DNA from: TPA_inf: Saccharomyces | Taxonomy: Eukaryota | Length of the DNA: 64,000 bases | NCBI GenBank assembly: GCA_000146045.2 | Contig: BK006938.2 | Span: forward strand, 832,001-896,000 | Reading direction: 5' to 3' | Part shown: positions 12,862 to 24,316 of the stretch, in pieces | How the letters are laid out: every line of letters starts with the position of its first letter | Numbering within the stretch: position 1 is the first letter of the stretch | Made by a program: the position numbers and the translations under genes | The notes under the pieces: model-generated | Told to the model about the DNA's origin: nothing | Seen by the model: only the letters and a program-made list of their open reading frames with translations | Database searches by the model: none

Positions 12862-13951
12862 TACAGTTGAGTCGTTGCTCGGGTCGAAATTTAATGATAG
12901 CTTGATGAGCTTTTGCGTTAAAGTACAACAGTTCAGTGTTATAGTACTTTAAACATTGTGCGCTCATCTATTGATTCACTATTTTTTTTCAAATACCTTG
13001 CACCCTCAGTCGGCGTGTTTCTTGATATGCAGAATTAATATATTTCTAGATGTCAGTATATTAAGGTTAGCCCTTTGAAACGTATTATGATGTCGTTACC
13101 TTCAGCGTCGTGGTTTAGGTTTCATGTCTTGTCCTCTCGCGAATACTTTTATTTCGAAGCTAATTTACTATATAAAGAAGGTTGAAATCGCATGATAAGC
13201 TAAACAGCGTAAATAGAATTGCCGGAGCAAAATTCGTATAAGACATAATTTCCCTCCAGGCCGTAGCCAGATTAATGCTCAGTACACTGTAAAGAATTTT
13301 TTGTTTATTTTTAAGATAAGACAAGATGTCATTGATATTATTGCTAGATCACTAACAAATGGTATTTATTGATTTTTCTTTCGCAGAGCGGCACTTTAAC
13401 TAGGATTTAATCATAAAAAAAAAAGTGATTGACACTGTTATTCAGTTCTGGACTATCGTATAGACTATTTTCATTGTTAATAGGCTCAGCTGTTCATAAA
13501 ATATGTGAAAATTTTTCAACGATTACCAAGCCCACGATTGTCTCGTTGGCAATATTCAGAATGAAGTTTTCGTAATATGGCTATGTCCGTGATCAATCGC
13601 CTAAGACACCCTGACTTTTCAAGTAAATTCTCAAAAGCTTTCTTCCATCCGTTTAAATAAGAATTACAATGTTAGAATTACTTTTCCTTTGAGAGGAGGA
13701 AGAGCGAAAGTAAGAATGGAGGTACCGGTCGTAAATAAGCATTGACGAATAAATATACCAGTAGGATCTTCGTATAGTTATCATTTTAAGAGAATAGGAG
13801 AAGAAAAAAAATTTTTGTTTAATATTTATATACTAGGTATTTACACGTGAAAGTATTGAATCAAGATGGGGTCTAAAATACAGGCGTCTTAATAGAGGAA
13901 TTGTTATTTAAAATACAACCCACATCTCTTGGTCCTCCTTTTTTATCTTTT

Positions 13952-15946
13952 CTAATATATGTTGCTGTTTCTACTGGAGTAATTATTTTTATCATTACTA
14001 CGGGAGAATGAGCGTCTATTGTTGTTGCTGCGTCTAAACGGTTCGTCATCGTAATCTCTATTTTGGCTCCTATTATTATAGTTTTTGTTGCCTCTGAAAG
14101 AAATTTCTGAATCATCATCATAATCGTAGGACTTGTTATTTCCATCTCTACTACTATAGTCTCTAATTTCAAACATTGCCTTACCAATTGGACTACGGCT
14201 CAAACCTAATTTATCTAAAAACCTTCTGGATACTGGAATCTTTAATTGAGGATCATTTAACAGTACACCATAAGTGGAAGCAATTTCAGGAAGTATGCGC
14301 CTTTCAGAAAACCTGTATTCCTTGATACAGGATCTGTAGGATGAGATTAAACTTATTACAATATCTGATATGTCTTCCGGTTCTTCGGTCACTGCCTCTA
14401 GGACCTCAGATTTTATTTCTTCACTGGGCTCATATTTTTCTTGTTTGGCAATGACTATATTTTTTGCATCTTCCAACTCTCTAACAAATGGCAATTCATC
14501 TTTACAAATGAATAGCACAGAAGATCCTTCTTTCCCACTTCTGGCTGTTCTACCAATTCTATGAATATAATTAGCCAACTCAGATGGAACACCAATTTGC
14601 AAAACTTCGTGGACGTTTGGGAAATCCATACCACGGGCTCCCACATCCGTACAAACCAAAATACCGGATTCATCTTTTTTGAATCTTTTAACTAAACTTG
14701 TTCTTTTATTTTGAGTAATTTTACCATGAAATTCCAAAATTGGTAAATCTTTCTTAAATTCATTCTTTAAAATACTGCACAAAAAGGATGTGAATTTAAC
14801 AGTTGGTGCAAAAATAATGGCTTTGTAATTAGAATCTCTTTCCTTTATTTGTTTCTTTATATGCTCCACAGCAGCAAATATACTATTGGCAAACTTTTCT
14901 GAAATGACGACAGACTGATCAATTCTTTCATGTGCTTCAGGTTCATTCTTATCTACTGTGTCTAAAAAGAGACATTCTTTTTTATTCATGATATTGTTTG
15001 CCAACTTTTGTACTTTGTCGTCCAGAGTAGCAGAGAACAACAAAGTCTTGATATTATCGGCTGATTTGGAGTTCTTTTCATTTAAAATACCAGAAATAGT
15101 TTCTAAATCATCCCTGAATCCAATTTCTAGCAATCTGTCAGCTTCATCTAGCACTTTGTAATCTACGAACCTAAAAAATTTGTTGGAGTATTTTTCCAAA
15201 ACATCAATCAATCTCCCTGGAGTGGCAATTACAATGTTTGGTCTCAACTTATTCATTTTATTCATAGCTGCCCTGAAGTCAGTACCACCAACTAAAGAGA
15301 CACAAGCGTACTTTTTCAAGCCATAATTCATATCGTGGATTTTTTTCACCTCTGCTTCGATTTGCAAGGCCAAATCTCTTGTTGGTGCGACAATAACAGC
15401 TTTTACCATATATTGAGAATCGAACTTCGTATTTATCAAATGCTGGAAAATTGGAATCAAGAAGGCAAATGTCTTACCTGTACCGGTTTTAGCTCTTGCG
15501 ATAACATCATGGTCTTCACTGGATAATATTGGTTTGATAGTCTTTTGCTGTACAGGAGTTAAACCGGGAAATTCCATCCTGGTAATGGCTTTATGTATTT
15601 CTTTATCAAGGACTCCTTCCTCCAGTAAAGAGTCCAGCGTTACTTCTTTACTATTATCTTCTTTTGGGACGTGAATTAGTTTGGAAAAAGTGGTCTTATC
15701 AAAGTGCACTTCATCATCGTCTTCTCTAGACCTTGTCCTTGGGCGAGAATTGAAACGGGAGTTTCTATACCTGTTACTGTTGTTGTTTCTCTGATTCCTA
15801 CCAAAATTTCTTTGATCTCTGTTTCCATCATTGTATAATCTTCTTGAAACAGCCCAAGTAATATGGTTGCAATTCGAGAGAGCTGCTAATAAATTTCTGC
15901 TTGCAAGAACAGGTGTGCGACCTTTTATCAATATAGAGGTCAACAT
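13952..15946 (-). CDS. MSS116: MSS116 (YDR194C), mitochondrial DEAD-box RNA helicase and splicing chaperone for group I/II introns, 664 aa.
   Basis: DEAD-box motifs are present: AKTGTGKT (I), PTRDLA, DEAD, SAT, HRIGRTAR. There is an N-terminal mitochondrial presequence-like region and an R/N-rich C-terminal tail. Confidence 0.95.
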   Translation of the reverse strand: MLTSILIKGRTPVLASRNLLAALSNCNHITWAVSRRLYNDGNRDQRNFGRNQRNNNSNRYRNSRFNSRPRTRSREDDDEVHFDKTTFSKLIHVPKEDNSKEVTLDSLLEEGVLDKEIHKAITRMEFPGLTPVQQKTIKPILSSEDHDVIARAKTGTGKTFAFLIPIFQHLINTKFDSQYMVKAVIVAPTRDLALQIEAEVKKIHDMNYGLKKYACVSLVGGTDFRAAMNKMNKLRPNIVIATPGRLIDVLEKYSNKFFRFVDYKVLDEADRLLEIGFRDDLETISGILNEKNSKSADNIKTLLFSATLDDKVQKLANNIMNKKECLFLDTVDKNEPEAHERIDQSVVISEKFANSIFAAVEHIKKQIKERDSNYKAIIFAPTVKFTSFLCSILKNEFKKDLPILEFHGKITQNKRTSLVKRFKKDESGILVCTDVGARGMDFPNVHEVLQIGVPSELANYIHRIGRTARSGKEGSSVLFICKDELPFVRELEDAKNIVIAKQEKYEPSEEIKSEVLEAVTEEPEDISDIVISLISSYRSCIKEYRFSERRILPEIASTYGVLLNDPQLKIPVSRRFLDKLGLSRSPIGKAMFEIRDYSSRDGNNKSYDYDDDSEISFRGNKNYNNRSQNRDYDDEPFRRSNNNRRSFSRSNDKNNYSSRNSNIY

Positions 15947-16598
15947 TTATCAGCCTAACGTGCAACTCTGGTATTTTCTTGCCACTCTGAGACACCATAG
16001 TGGCCATCAATACTTCCCTTCTTTTTATAGGAAAATTTTATTCTTTCTATAATATCACTACAGACGGAGAATGAAACAGATGATGATTGAAGCATCCATA
16101 AGTAAAGACACTTTGAGGTTGCTAATTTGCTTTTTTGAAATAAAACAGTGCCATATATCACTCCAGCCTACTTGTTATTATCAGAATTGGGTACGGTATT
16201 CATCTATATATTACCAGTTGTAAATCACGATATATCACGATACACGACTCTCCGGCGCCAGCGTTTTTCGTCAGTTTTTCTCAAGGCGGTATAAAAAATC
16301 GATGATATTCGATTGAGGCACTTGTTAACAAGCATACACTGTTGGAGGCAGAACAAAACAAGCATAACTCTTTTGTACTGTATTGTACTCTACCGCTCTG
16401 TATCACGTCGGCACACCAACGGTTTCTTTTGGCGGGTCTATTATATATATTATATATACTTTTATCAAGACATCGTGTGAGTAAGTGAGGTTAAAGCTCA
16501 AAAACCTACAAGCAAAGGCACAAGGAAATCGAAAGGACCAAGAAAGGAAAAGAAAAGAAACGATACGATAAGTAAAGACACTGTGGAAGAATTGAACA

Positions 16599-18200
16599 AT
16601 GTCAGCACCTGTTCCTCAATTAGTAAATATTTCTCATGCCTTGCAAGCTTCCACTATCCAGCAAATTCGTTTGGATATGGTAGATTTTAATAAAGATTGC
16701 AAATTATCTTCCATTCAACTGGCAAGAATTGACAAGTATATCGATTCTTTGCAAGCGGCTTTGAATCAGTTTACCAAAGATAACTTGCACATAGAACGGA
16801 AGGAAAAGAACGTGACTGAAGCAGATATACAGCTGTATTCTGGCTTAAAATCAATGTATCTAGATTATTTGAACCAGCTAATTAAACTAAAGCATGAGAA
16901 ACAACACCACTCTACACCGCCCATCGCTAATGATGTCTCCCTGGACTTCTTCGTTAACCAATTGCCTAAGTTTTCTCCCGAGGAAAGGAAAAATTACATT
17001 GACAATTTAATCCTGAATAAAAATAGCCATAATCGATTATCTAAAATGGATGGTCTGGTAGATGCAGTCATCAATTTATGCGTCTTGGATACTTCCGTTG
17101 CTGAAAATGTACGATCCTATATGAAATTATTAGATACATTGGGTTTCCAAAAGGGTTCGAATAGTACTGGTACAAAGGCCAACCTCAAAAAGAAATTGGC
17201 TAGTTCGAAAGCAAAGATAAAGGATTCAGAAAAAGAAAAGGAGAAGGAGAAGGATAAATCAAAAGTCAAGATGAAAACTAAATTAAAACCTTCTCCTTTG
17301 CTCAATAACGATGACAAAAATTCTTCTCCATCGCCTACTGCATCTACCTCTTCAATGAAGAAATTGAAGTCGGGTTTATTCAATAAAAATGAAGCTAAGT
17401 CTACAGAATCTCTACCTACTTCTTCCAAGAAAAAACTATCATTTTCTAAATATCTGAACAAGGATGACGCAGATATGACCAAGCTTGGGACTAAACGGTC
17501 AATAGATGTGGATTTCAAAGTCAACCCCGAAGCATCCACGGTGGCTTCTAATATCATATCTTCGTCAACGTCAGGATCGTCAACCACAACGGTAGCGACT
17601 CCTGCTTCTTCAGAAGAGCCCTTAAAAAAAAAAACCAAAATATCCGTGCAAGACTCTAATGTACAATCGATTTTGAGAAATGGTAAACCGAAAAAAGCAC
17701 GCATAAGTAGCATCAAATTTTTGGATGATTCCCAACTAATAAAAGTTTACGGTGACGATCTACCGAACCAAGGGCTACAAGTTTCTCCTACTCAATTGAA
17801 AAAAATTCTGAAACCATTCAAGGAGGGGGAACCGAAGGAAATTATATTGTTCGAGGATATGTCAATCAAATTAAAACCTCTTGATTTGATGTTTCTGAAG
17901 AACACAAACAGTGATGACTATATGGATATATCCGAGACTAAAGGTGGCCCAATACATTGTGAAACAAGGACCCCGTTGATCTATAGAAAAAATTTCAATC
18001 ATTTCAACCCGGACTTGAATAAAAGGCCGCCAAGAGAACCCATAGAATTCGACTTAAATGGAAATACGAACTCAACCCCGACTATAGCAAAGGCTTTCGG
18101 TAAAAATAGTTTATTACTAAGGAAGGACAGAGGTGGTTTGCCATACAAGCATGTCCCCATAGTAAAAAGAAATAAATATCCTCCAAGACCAGTACACTAA
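16599..18200 (+). CDS. REF2: REF2 (YDR195W), mRNA 3'-end processing factor of the APT/CPF complex that binds Glc7, 533 aa.
   Basis: The 533-aa ORF MSAPVPQLVNISHALQASTIQQIRLDMVDFNKDCK... has a Lys/Glu-rich central tract (KEKEKEKDKSK). ATG at 16599. Confidence 0.9.
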   Translation: MSAPVPQLVNISHALQASTIQQIRLDMVDFNKDCKLSSIQLARIDKYIDSLQAALNQFTKDNLHIERKEKNVTEADIQLYSGLKSMYLDYLNQLIKLKHEKQHHSTPPIANDVSLDFFVNQLPKFSPEERKNYIDNLILNKNSHNRLSKMDGLVDAVINLCVLDTSVAENVRSYMKLLDTLGFQKGSNSTGTKANLKKKLASSKAKIKDSEKEKEKEKDKSKVKMKTKLKPSPLLNNDDKNSSPSPTASTSSMKKLKSGLFNKNEAKSTESLPTSSKKKLSFSKYLNKDDADMTKLGTKRSIDVDFKVNPEASTVASNIISSSTSGSSTTTVATPASSEEPLKKKTKISVQDSNVQSILRNGKPKKARISSIKFLDDSQLIKVYGDDLPNQGLQVSPTQLKKILKPFKEGEPKEIILFEDMSIKLKPLDLMFLKNTNSDDYMDISETKGGPIHCETRTPLIYRKNFNHFNPDLNKRPPREPIEFDLNGNTNSTPTIAKAFGKNSLLLRKDRGGLPYKHVPIVKRNKYPPRPVH

Positions 18201-18273
18201 GCTATGACATGCTGATACATAAACATGTAGTATATATACTCATTTTATATAATGTAATTATAAGATATCAACC

Positions 18274-18999
18274 TTATACCGCTGAAGACTTTTTATTTTG
18301 AAGTTTTTTCATCAGTAATCTGGACATGACGATGCTACTGGCACTTACGGCCCCAAAAGGTGGGAAATACTCCAAAACAGTTCTTAATTTACTAGGTTGG
18401 ATTTTTTTTACAACACTTTCAATCTGTTCGTATAAGTCAACCAATGTGCTGTTATTTTGTAGGATATAGTCAGATCTTGCCATCCTTTCTTCAGTGCTCA
18501 TTTGACTATTTAGCCTGTTTTTTGCATCTTCTTCACTAAGTTCAGGATTTCTTGTCATTAATCTTTCTAGTTGCAATTCTTGCGTACAAATTACGCTTAC
18601 AGTCACTCCGCATATTGAATCCAGATTTCCTTCAAATAAGAGTGGCACATCCAATACACACATTCTATATCCCTTCAAGTAATAGTAGCCAATTTCTTTG
18701 AACATTGCATACCTGATTGCAGGATGTGTTATCCCATTCAAGGCTTGCAAATCTTCTTTATGACTAAAAACCCATTTCCCTAGGGCTTCACGATTTAAAT
18801 GCCCATCCTCCAATAATAAATTCGGTATTTTGTCCTTGAAGTATAACACAATTTGATCATAAGCATTCTGTCCTGGTTCGACCACTTGTCTAGCAATCTT
18901 GTCCGCATCAACAATGGGTAGTTTGTATTTGTCTCTGAGTCTTCTCGACACTGTGCTCTTACCACAAGCGATCCCACCTGTCAATCCCACTACCAGCAT
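18274..18999 (-). CDS. CAB5: CAB5 (YDR196C), dephospho-CoA kinase, the last step of CoA biosynthesis, 241 aa.
   Basis: MLVVGLTGGIACGKSTVS has a P-loop and fits the CoaE family. ATG at 18997-18999. Confidence 0.93.
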   Translation of the reverse strand: MLVVGLTGGIACGKSTVSRRLRDKYKLPIVDADKIARQVVEPGQNAYDQIVLYFKDKIPNLLLEDGHLNREALGKWVFSHKEDLQALNGITHPAIRYAMFKEIGYYYLKGYRMCVLDVPLLFEGNLDSICGVTVSVICTQELQLERLMTRNPELSEEDAKNRLNSQMSTEERMARSDYILQNNSTLVDLYEQIESVVKKIQPSKLRTVLEYFPPFGAVSASSIVMSRLLMKKLQNKKSSAV

Positions 19000-19227
19000 A
19001 TTTTAATTGTGGCTATCTGACAACTTTCACTGAGCTTTTAATTTGGACCGTTATTATTGTGCCATGTATTCTCCCCATCCCCATTCTAGGTAAAACAAGG
19101 GTAAGAACAAAAATTTAAAAAAAAAAAAATAGAAAAAACCTTTGCATATATTTGGGTCTGCCTAATTCATCTAAAGCATATTTCAATTACAACCACGCAA
19201 AGGATTAAAAAAATCCAGAATACGATA

Positions 19228-20397
19228 ATGTCAAGCTCAATACCTAGAGTTTACTCTCTAGGGAACTCAGCCATGACGTACTTACTAGCATTGAGAATTG
19301 CACAACTCCCGAGTCAACCAAAGGTTCCATCAGTTGTTCTTCTTTTAAACGACCAGAAGAAACTGAATAGATTCCTCAATAATGACTCTAAAATTATTGT
19401 TAAATCGAGTAACAACAATAAAGAAACTTATCATAGACAGTTTATGGCATCTTGTGTCCCGCCCATTCTAAGCAATGGTGAAATTGCACCAATTGAAAAT
19501 TTAATTGTCTCAGATCCCTCTTCGAAATTTATCACTGCCCAACTTTCTAAATACAATAAATCTTTGAGACCCGAAACCAACATTCTGTTTTTGAATCCAA
19601 GCTTAAATCTATTGGAACATTTGCATAGATATCGATGGCGCTTTGATGAGGCAAGACCAAACTTGTTCATGGGCTTTACAACACCAGTTGACGTTGGGAC
19701 CATACATCAAGAATTTCAACTGTCTCTCAAAGTGAAAGGAAGGATACAATTTCATATTGCAAAGATTGATGGTTTTCCTCGAATGAGTAGTACTGGTAAA
19801 AGTGCGAGTCTTTCTCTAAGAGGTGACAGGCAGAAAAATGAAAAAGAAAATAATGCGTTTTATAAGTTGTTTAGAGAAATTTCCAGGCTACGATCTGGAA
19901 TAGGTTCCGATCTAGTTAGTTTTGATCTGCATGTTCATGGTTTCCAGGATTTGTTCTTCACTGAACTGGAGAAATTGATATTGGAGAGTTGTACCGAGCC
20001 ATTATTGGCAGTATATGATTGCGTATATAAAAAGGAACTTTTGAAAATCCCCGGAGCACAAGATATAATAAAAAAGTTGATTAGTGAGCAGCTGTCAATT
20101 ATCGATCGATCCTACCCGTCACTAAACACCAACCCAAACTATTCTGTAATCTTTGACAAGGAGAGAATATTTAGCTTGGTGATGAGAGATCTAGAAGTTA
20201 ATGGGCACAAGCGCGCTAAGTTGGCCCAATCTTTAAATCAATTGAATCAAACGAACATTAATGAACTTAACGGATTTTTTGTTTCTCTTGGTAAGTACAA
20301 AAAATGTAACTGCAAGTGGAATGATATACTTCTGACTTTAATAAAAGGGAAACAGTTTATTACTAAGCAAAAAGCACTAGATTATCATTACCTGTGA
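19228..20397 (+). CDS. CBS2: CBS2 (YDR197W), mitochondrial translational activator of COB mRNA, 389 aa.
   Basis: A 389-aa ORF sits at the expected position and orientation between CAB5 and RKM2. ATG at 19228. Confidence 0.85.
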   Translation: MSSSIPRVYSLGNSAMTYLLALRIAQLPSQPKVPSVVLLLNDQKKLNRFLNNDSKIIVKSSNNNKETYHRQFMASCVPPILSNGEIAPIENLIVSDPSSKFITAQLSKYNKSLRPETNILFLNPSLNLLEHLHRYRWRFDEARPNLFMGFTTPVDVGTIHQEFQLSLKVKGRIQFHIAKIDGFPRMSSTGKSASLSLRGDRQKNEKENNAFYKLFREISRLRSGIGSDLVSFDLHVHGFQDLFFTELEKLILESCTEPLLAVYDCVYKKELLKIPGAQDIIKKLISEQLSIIDRSYPSLNTNPNYSVIFDKERIFSLVMRDLEVNGHKRAKLAQSLNQLNQTNINELNGFFVSLGKYKKCNCKWNDILLTLIKGKQFITKQKALDYHYL

Positions 20398-20532
20398 AGA
20401 AATTTCATGTATATACAATAGATATTCCTAAATTTTCATATATGAATGGCTGCTGCGCACATGTACTTGCGAAGAGAAGCATGGGCACTGGCACTTCCGA
20501 ATTTAAAGTTATTTCTTGGACTTTACAAATAC

Positions 20533-21972
20533 CTATGATTGCAGGTCTTGTAAGTGTTGTGTAAGTATTTTTATATACCCTTTGTATATGGTAATTAAGT
20601 TTTGTAAGCAGAGGTTATTCTCAAGATTAGATACTTTTTCTGTCAACTCGCTAAGCGTCTTTGTATATTTTGCAGTTAAGGAGACCAATAATTCTTTTAA
20701 AACTGAAGAGATTTTTGGCTTGAAGTAATCTTCTGATATGTAACCTTCAATGAATTTTCGAACCCTCCTTTCATCCCTCGTCACATAATAGTTCAATGCT
20801 ACGAATATCCTATAACTGATATCAGTCTCATTGATAGTGTAATCTCCCCAATAATCATGTTCCAATAGAAACGTTTTTACCTCCTTTTTGTCGTCGTCTA
20901 TTAGTTCAATAATTTCGTCAGATATGTCTAAGTAGTTCCATTTGTTTCCGTCTACCACAAATCCATACTCGTTCAGTAAAAAATCATTTGAGTGTGCACC
21001 ATAATTCAAAAAGAGCTCCTCGTTAATGTTGTCATAGAGGTGATCGCCGCATCTAATGGTAAATTGTCCAATTCCAATGATGTTTTCTCCTTCTGACCTC
21101 AACTGAGGACTTAACTGAGGATAGCAGTGCAAATCCGACTCACAAATGTGGTTCATGAAATCGACATACGGCACTAAAGTGAAATTGCTTGGGGAGTCCT
21201 CTATTTTCAACGGAATCTTCGCATAAAGACATCTTGAGTTTATAATAAAATAAACATGTACAAAAAGGGAGAATAACTCATCACTAGTAAATTTATCAGA
21301 ATTTTTCGTACAGCTTAAGGAGCCGTAAATTTCATTCCATTTCAAAACCACCTCTGAAATGGTTTCCCAATCTTCTCTGACAAGGCCACTAATTCTTGCC
21401 ATATGCTTTCGTGAGGCAGCAGGGAGATATTCAATCAGTGAATGGTAACGTGAATTGGGATCACAGTTCCAAATGGCTGGGATTGATCGCAGCTCCTCCA
21501 TTGAGGGCCATACATCAAAGAATGGTTTCCAATCTGAGTAGATTTCATTGTGAGTCCATTTTGGCAATAGAAAATTTTCAACCAATATATAAAATGATAC
21601 CAATTGAAATGATGATAAACTTAACAAAAACTCTTTCGATAATTCGGAATATAATCCATATCTAGGATCGGCCCAGGCTTTATTTTCCGCTTCAATAATA
21701 TTGTCCTCATAATTGATTGGCTTTCTATCGATTGTGATACCAGGAATATTCAGCTCTTTATTAAACTTTGAAATATGATAGAGGATAGTGTGAAAATTTA
21801 GTTGCTTCGAGCTCGGTACTGATACAATGATATCGTTTTTTCTTATCGAACCGTGACTGAGGACGATCCCTCTGCCAGTTTCTGGCGATTCACAGATGCT
21901 GATGTTTGGTGCTATATAAAACTTATCTGATTTTTTCAGCCATGTTAGCAAGACATCAACCTTTCCTTCCAT
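20533..21972 (-). CDS. RKM2: RKM2 (YDR198C), SET-domain ribosomal protein lysine methyltransferase, 479 aa.
   Basis: The ORF track begins at a TTG at 21976-21978. The in-frame ATG at 21970-21972 (MEGKVDVLLTWLKK...) gives 479 aa. Confidence 0.88.
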   Translation of the reverse strand: MEGKVDVLLTWLKKSDKFYIAPNISICESPETGRGIVLSHGSIRKNDIIVSVPSSKQLNFHTILYHISKFNKELNIPGITIDRKPINYEDNIIEAENKAWADPRYGLYSELSKEFLLSLSSFQLVSFYILVENFLLPKWTHNEIYSDWKPFFDVWPSMEELRSIPAIWNCDPNSRYHSLIEYLPAASRKHMARISGLVREDWETISEVVLKWNEIYGSLSCTKNSDKFTSDELFSLFVHVYFIINSRCLYAKIPLKIEDSPSNFTLVPYVDFMNHICESDLHCYPQLSPQLRSEGENIIGIGQFTIRCGDHLYDNINEELFLNYGAHSNDFLLNEYGFVVDGNKWNYLDISDEIIELIDDDKKEVKTFLLEHDYWGDYTINETDISYRIFVALNYYVTRDERRVRKFIEGYISEDYFKPKISSVLKELLVSLTAKYTKTLSELTEKVSNLENNLCLQNLITIYKGYIKILTQHLQDLQS

Positions 21973-22278
21973 TCGCAATTTACTATGTAACTTTTTTGTA
22001 GATATTTATTCAAAATCTGTATCTTCGACAATCTTGAGACTATAGGTGATGAGTAGACGCATCCAGTTTTAGCTTGAGTTCCCGAATTTTTTTTTAATTT
22101 TACTTAATCAAGAAATCTTGAAAAAATGAAAAAAAAGAGTGTGGATCAGAATTGCAAAACAATATTCAAAGTATATGGAATATGTGCTTATTTATAATAT
22201 ATGGTTTTTCTCATTTCTACAGGACAAGCCCTGTTTTTGCTTTGTAGATTATGCTTGTAGTATTTTTCTTCTTTCGAG

Positions 22279-24093
22279 TTATTGTGGCAATTGCTTAACG
22301 GCCGTCGCAACTAAACCGAATGAAATGGCAACTACTCCAAAGAGCATTCCCTTACTAACTCTTGTTCTCTTGCCTTCGACGACTCCTAGTTCTTCAGTGC
22401 TTATTAATGTATCTTCGGTATCCTTTTTTTCTTCTCTTGAATCATTTTGTTTTACTTTAGCGTTATTGTCATTGTTAATACCACCATTAAAATTGCTTTG
22501 TGTTAAAACTAAATTTTTTCCCCTCTCTTCTTCTATTTGAAGGTTCAGCTCTCTTAATTCACTTTCGAGCTCCTGTAGCTTTTCATGGTTTTGTTTTTCC
22601 TTCAAGCTACATGCAGATTTTACTTTATTATTTTGTTGTTTGATTTCTTTTAATTGATCTTCCGATTCTTTGAGTAGCGCATCATTATTTTCTGATAGAG
22701 TTTTTTGTAAAGCCGTGCTCAGTTTCAGTAAATGCTTTTCATTCATATCAATCATGTGCTTATTGATGAAATCAAGGTTTATCGTATAGTTTTGCATAAA
22801 GTTTTGCATGGAATGTAATTTTTCCAGCTCTTGTTTTTCTAAGGACAGCTCAGTAGTCAAAGTTTTTATCATATTTATCAAATTTATGCTTGTACCTGCT
22901 GAATTGTTGATAAAAATTCCACTGAGAACCTCAGTTTCTGGACCTAAAATATCATCATCTAATTCTGAGTTATTAATATCTCCAAACATAGCTGCCTCAA
23001 AGGCTGCCCTTTGAGCCGTTGTTGCAGATGTTACACCAGCTTCGGTATAATTTTCCTTTAAATGAGATCGTATTGGAATGTGTTGATTATGATGACCTCT
23101 GTCTATCTTTATTCCGTTTATATTAGTGGAGTTCCCATTATTCTTATTAGTATGATCTTGTTTTTTCATCACCAAATTTGTGGGATCAGATACAGTGTTC
23201 ATTAAGGGAATTACTGAAATCTCTTCCACATACGCACTGATTTTTCTATGTTCAAACTTTGAGTCAATATCAGTTCCCAAATCCACAGTATCACCAACTT
23301 TTAATTCTACATCATTTTGGCGTATTTTAACCCCATTAACAAATGTCCCATTGCTGGACTTTAGATCGCGAATATATATCTTTCCTGATGTAGGATCACA
23401 ACTGAGACAAGCGTGATTTCTGGAAAGAACTCTTGAGTCAAAATTTCCGTTATCTGGTCTAACTTGTTGCGAAAATAAATCTCTTTTCGATCCTGAATTA
23501 TTCTTGTTTACGCTATTGGTAACTGGTCGACCTAATTTAAGTCCGTCAGGTTTAAATGGTACAACAAGAAACTTGGTCTCAAAAGTTGCATTTAAGGATT
23601 TGAGTATAATAATATGTGTATGCTTCTTACGGGGTGATCCAGTTCTAAATAATGTCTCAGTTGAACCATTTTGGAATTTCGATAATTCGTCCAGTGCCGG
23701 TGGAGATACGGCTTCTACAGGAATTGTTACTTGTCCAGCCGGTGTTGGGTCTATTGAATTGTCATTTTGATCCTGACTTTGATTTTCAAATGGAGAACGG
23801 ATTTTGTTGGCTAATATTGGGGATAATTGTTGCTGTTGTGAAACTTGATGGACGGAAGGTGGAGATGAAGCGGTAGGCAACAAATCTAAGCCTGGTGGTA
23901 TGGTATACTGATCTATATCGACATTTGAACGGGATCCACTGCTTCTCGAGTTTGATCTAGCTCTTCCCATGGGCCTCTTAGGCGGTGACGTTTCTGGCGT
24001 CTTTGTCATTCCCTGCGAATTCGATTGATCCCTAACATAGGGAGAATGTTGCAGTTGCGGAGGGGGCCGTCTTCTTTTTTCCAGTTCTACCAT
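22279..24093 (-). CDS. VPS64: VPS64 (YDR200C, also FAR9), FHA-domain protein with a C-terminal transmembrane anchor, 604 aa.
   Basis: The 604-aa ORF has an FHA-like core (GR...NHACLS...IRDLKSSNGTFVNG), coiled-coil-forming regions and a hydrophobic C-terminus (MLFGVVAISFGLVATAV). ATG at 24091-24093. Confidence 0.9.
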   Translation of the reverse strand: MVELEKRRRPPPQLQHSPYVRDQSNSQGMTKTPETSPPKRPMGRARSNSRSSGSRSNVDIDQYTIPPGLDLLPTASSPPSVHQVSQQQQLSPILANKIRSPFENQSQDQNDNSIDPTPAGQVTIPVEAVSPPALDELSKFQNGSTETLFRTGSPRKKHTHIIILKSLNATFETKFLVVPFKPDGLKLGRPVTNSVNKNNSGSKRDLFSQQVRPDNGNFDSRVLSRNHACLSCDPTSGKIYIRDLKSSNGTFVNGVKIRQNDVELKVGDTVDLGTDIDSKFEHRKISAYVEEISVIPLMNTVSDPTNLVMKKQDHTNKNNGNSTNINGIKIDRGHHNQHIPIRSHLKENYTEAGVTSATTAQRAAFEAAMFGDINNSELDDDILGPETEVLSGIFINNSAGTSINLINMIKTLTTELSLEKQELEKLHSMQNFMQNYTINLDFINKHMIDMNEKHLLKLSTALQKTLSENNDALLKESEDQLKEIKQQNNKVKSACSLKEKQNHEKLQELESELRELNLQIEEERGKNLVLTQSNFNGGINNDNNAKVKQNDSREEKKDTEDTLISTEELGVVEGKRTRVSKGMLFGVVAISFGLVATAVKQLPQ

Positions 24094-24316
24094 GCCAAGA
24101 ATTTACAGTTGTCTTCCTTCCTTCTAATTTCCAGTTGGTGAGACTGGTGACTATCCGTGGGGTCCGGATTGCGATTTACTTTCATTATGTATTTATTATT
24201 GGCGATTATAAAGTTTGTTTTCACAGGGCGTAGTAGTTAGCAACAATGAAAATGAATAATAAACAGATCACAGACGCATATATCTGTGTACGAATTGAAG
24301 GATAGGCAAAATAACC

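Noticed and set aside
12551-12952. A 133-aa plus-strand ORF antisense to NUP42 (YDR193W, dubious), together with the other antisense ORFs at 11811-12311 and 12327-12683.
   Set aside because: They are artefacts of the FG-repeat codon periodicity of NUP42, whose reverse-complement frames lack stop codons.
13000-13950. A possible ARS in the 1-kb NUP42/MSS116 intergenic region.
   Set aside because: I found no clean match to the 11-bp ACS (WTTTAYRTTTW) by eye. It cannot be supported without a PWM scan.
22139-22540. A 133-aa plus-strand ORF overlapping the VPS64 3' end (YDR199W, dubious).
   Set aside because: It overlaps a real gene on the opposite strand and has no conserved features.
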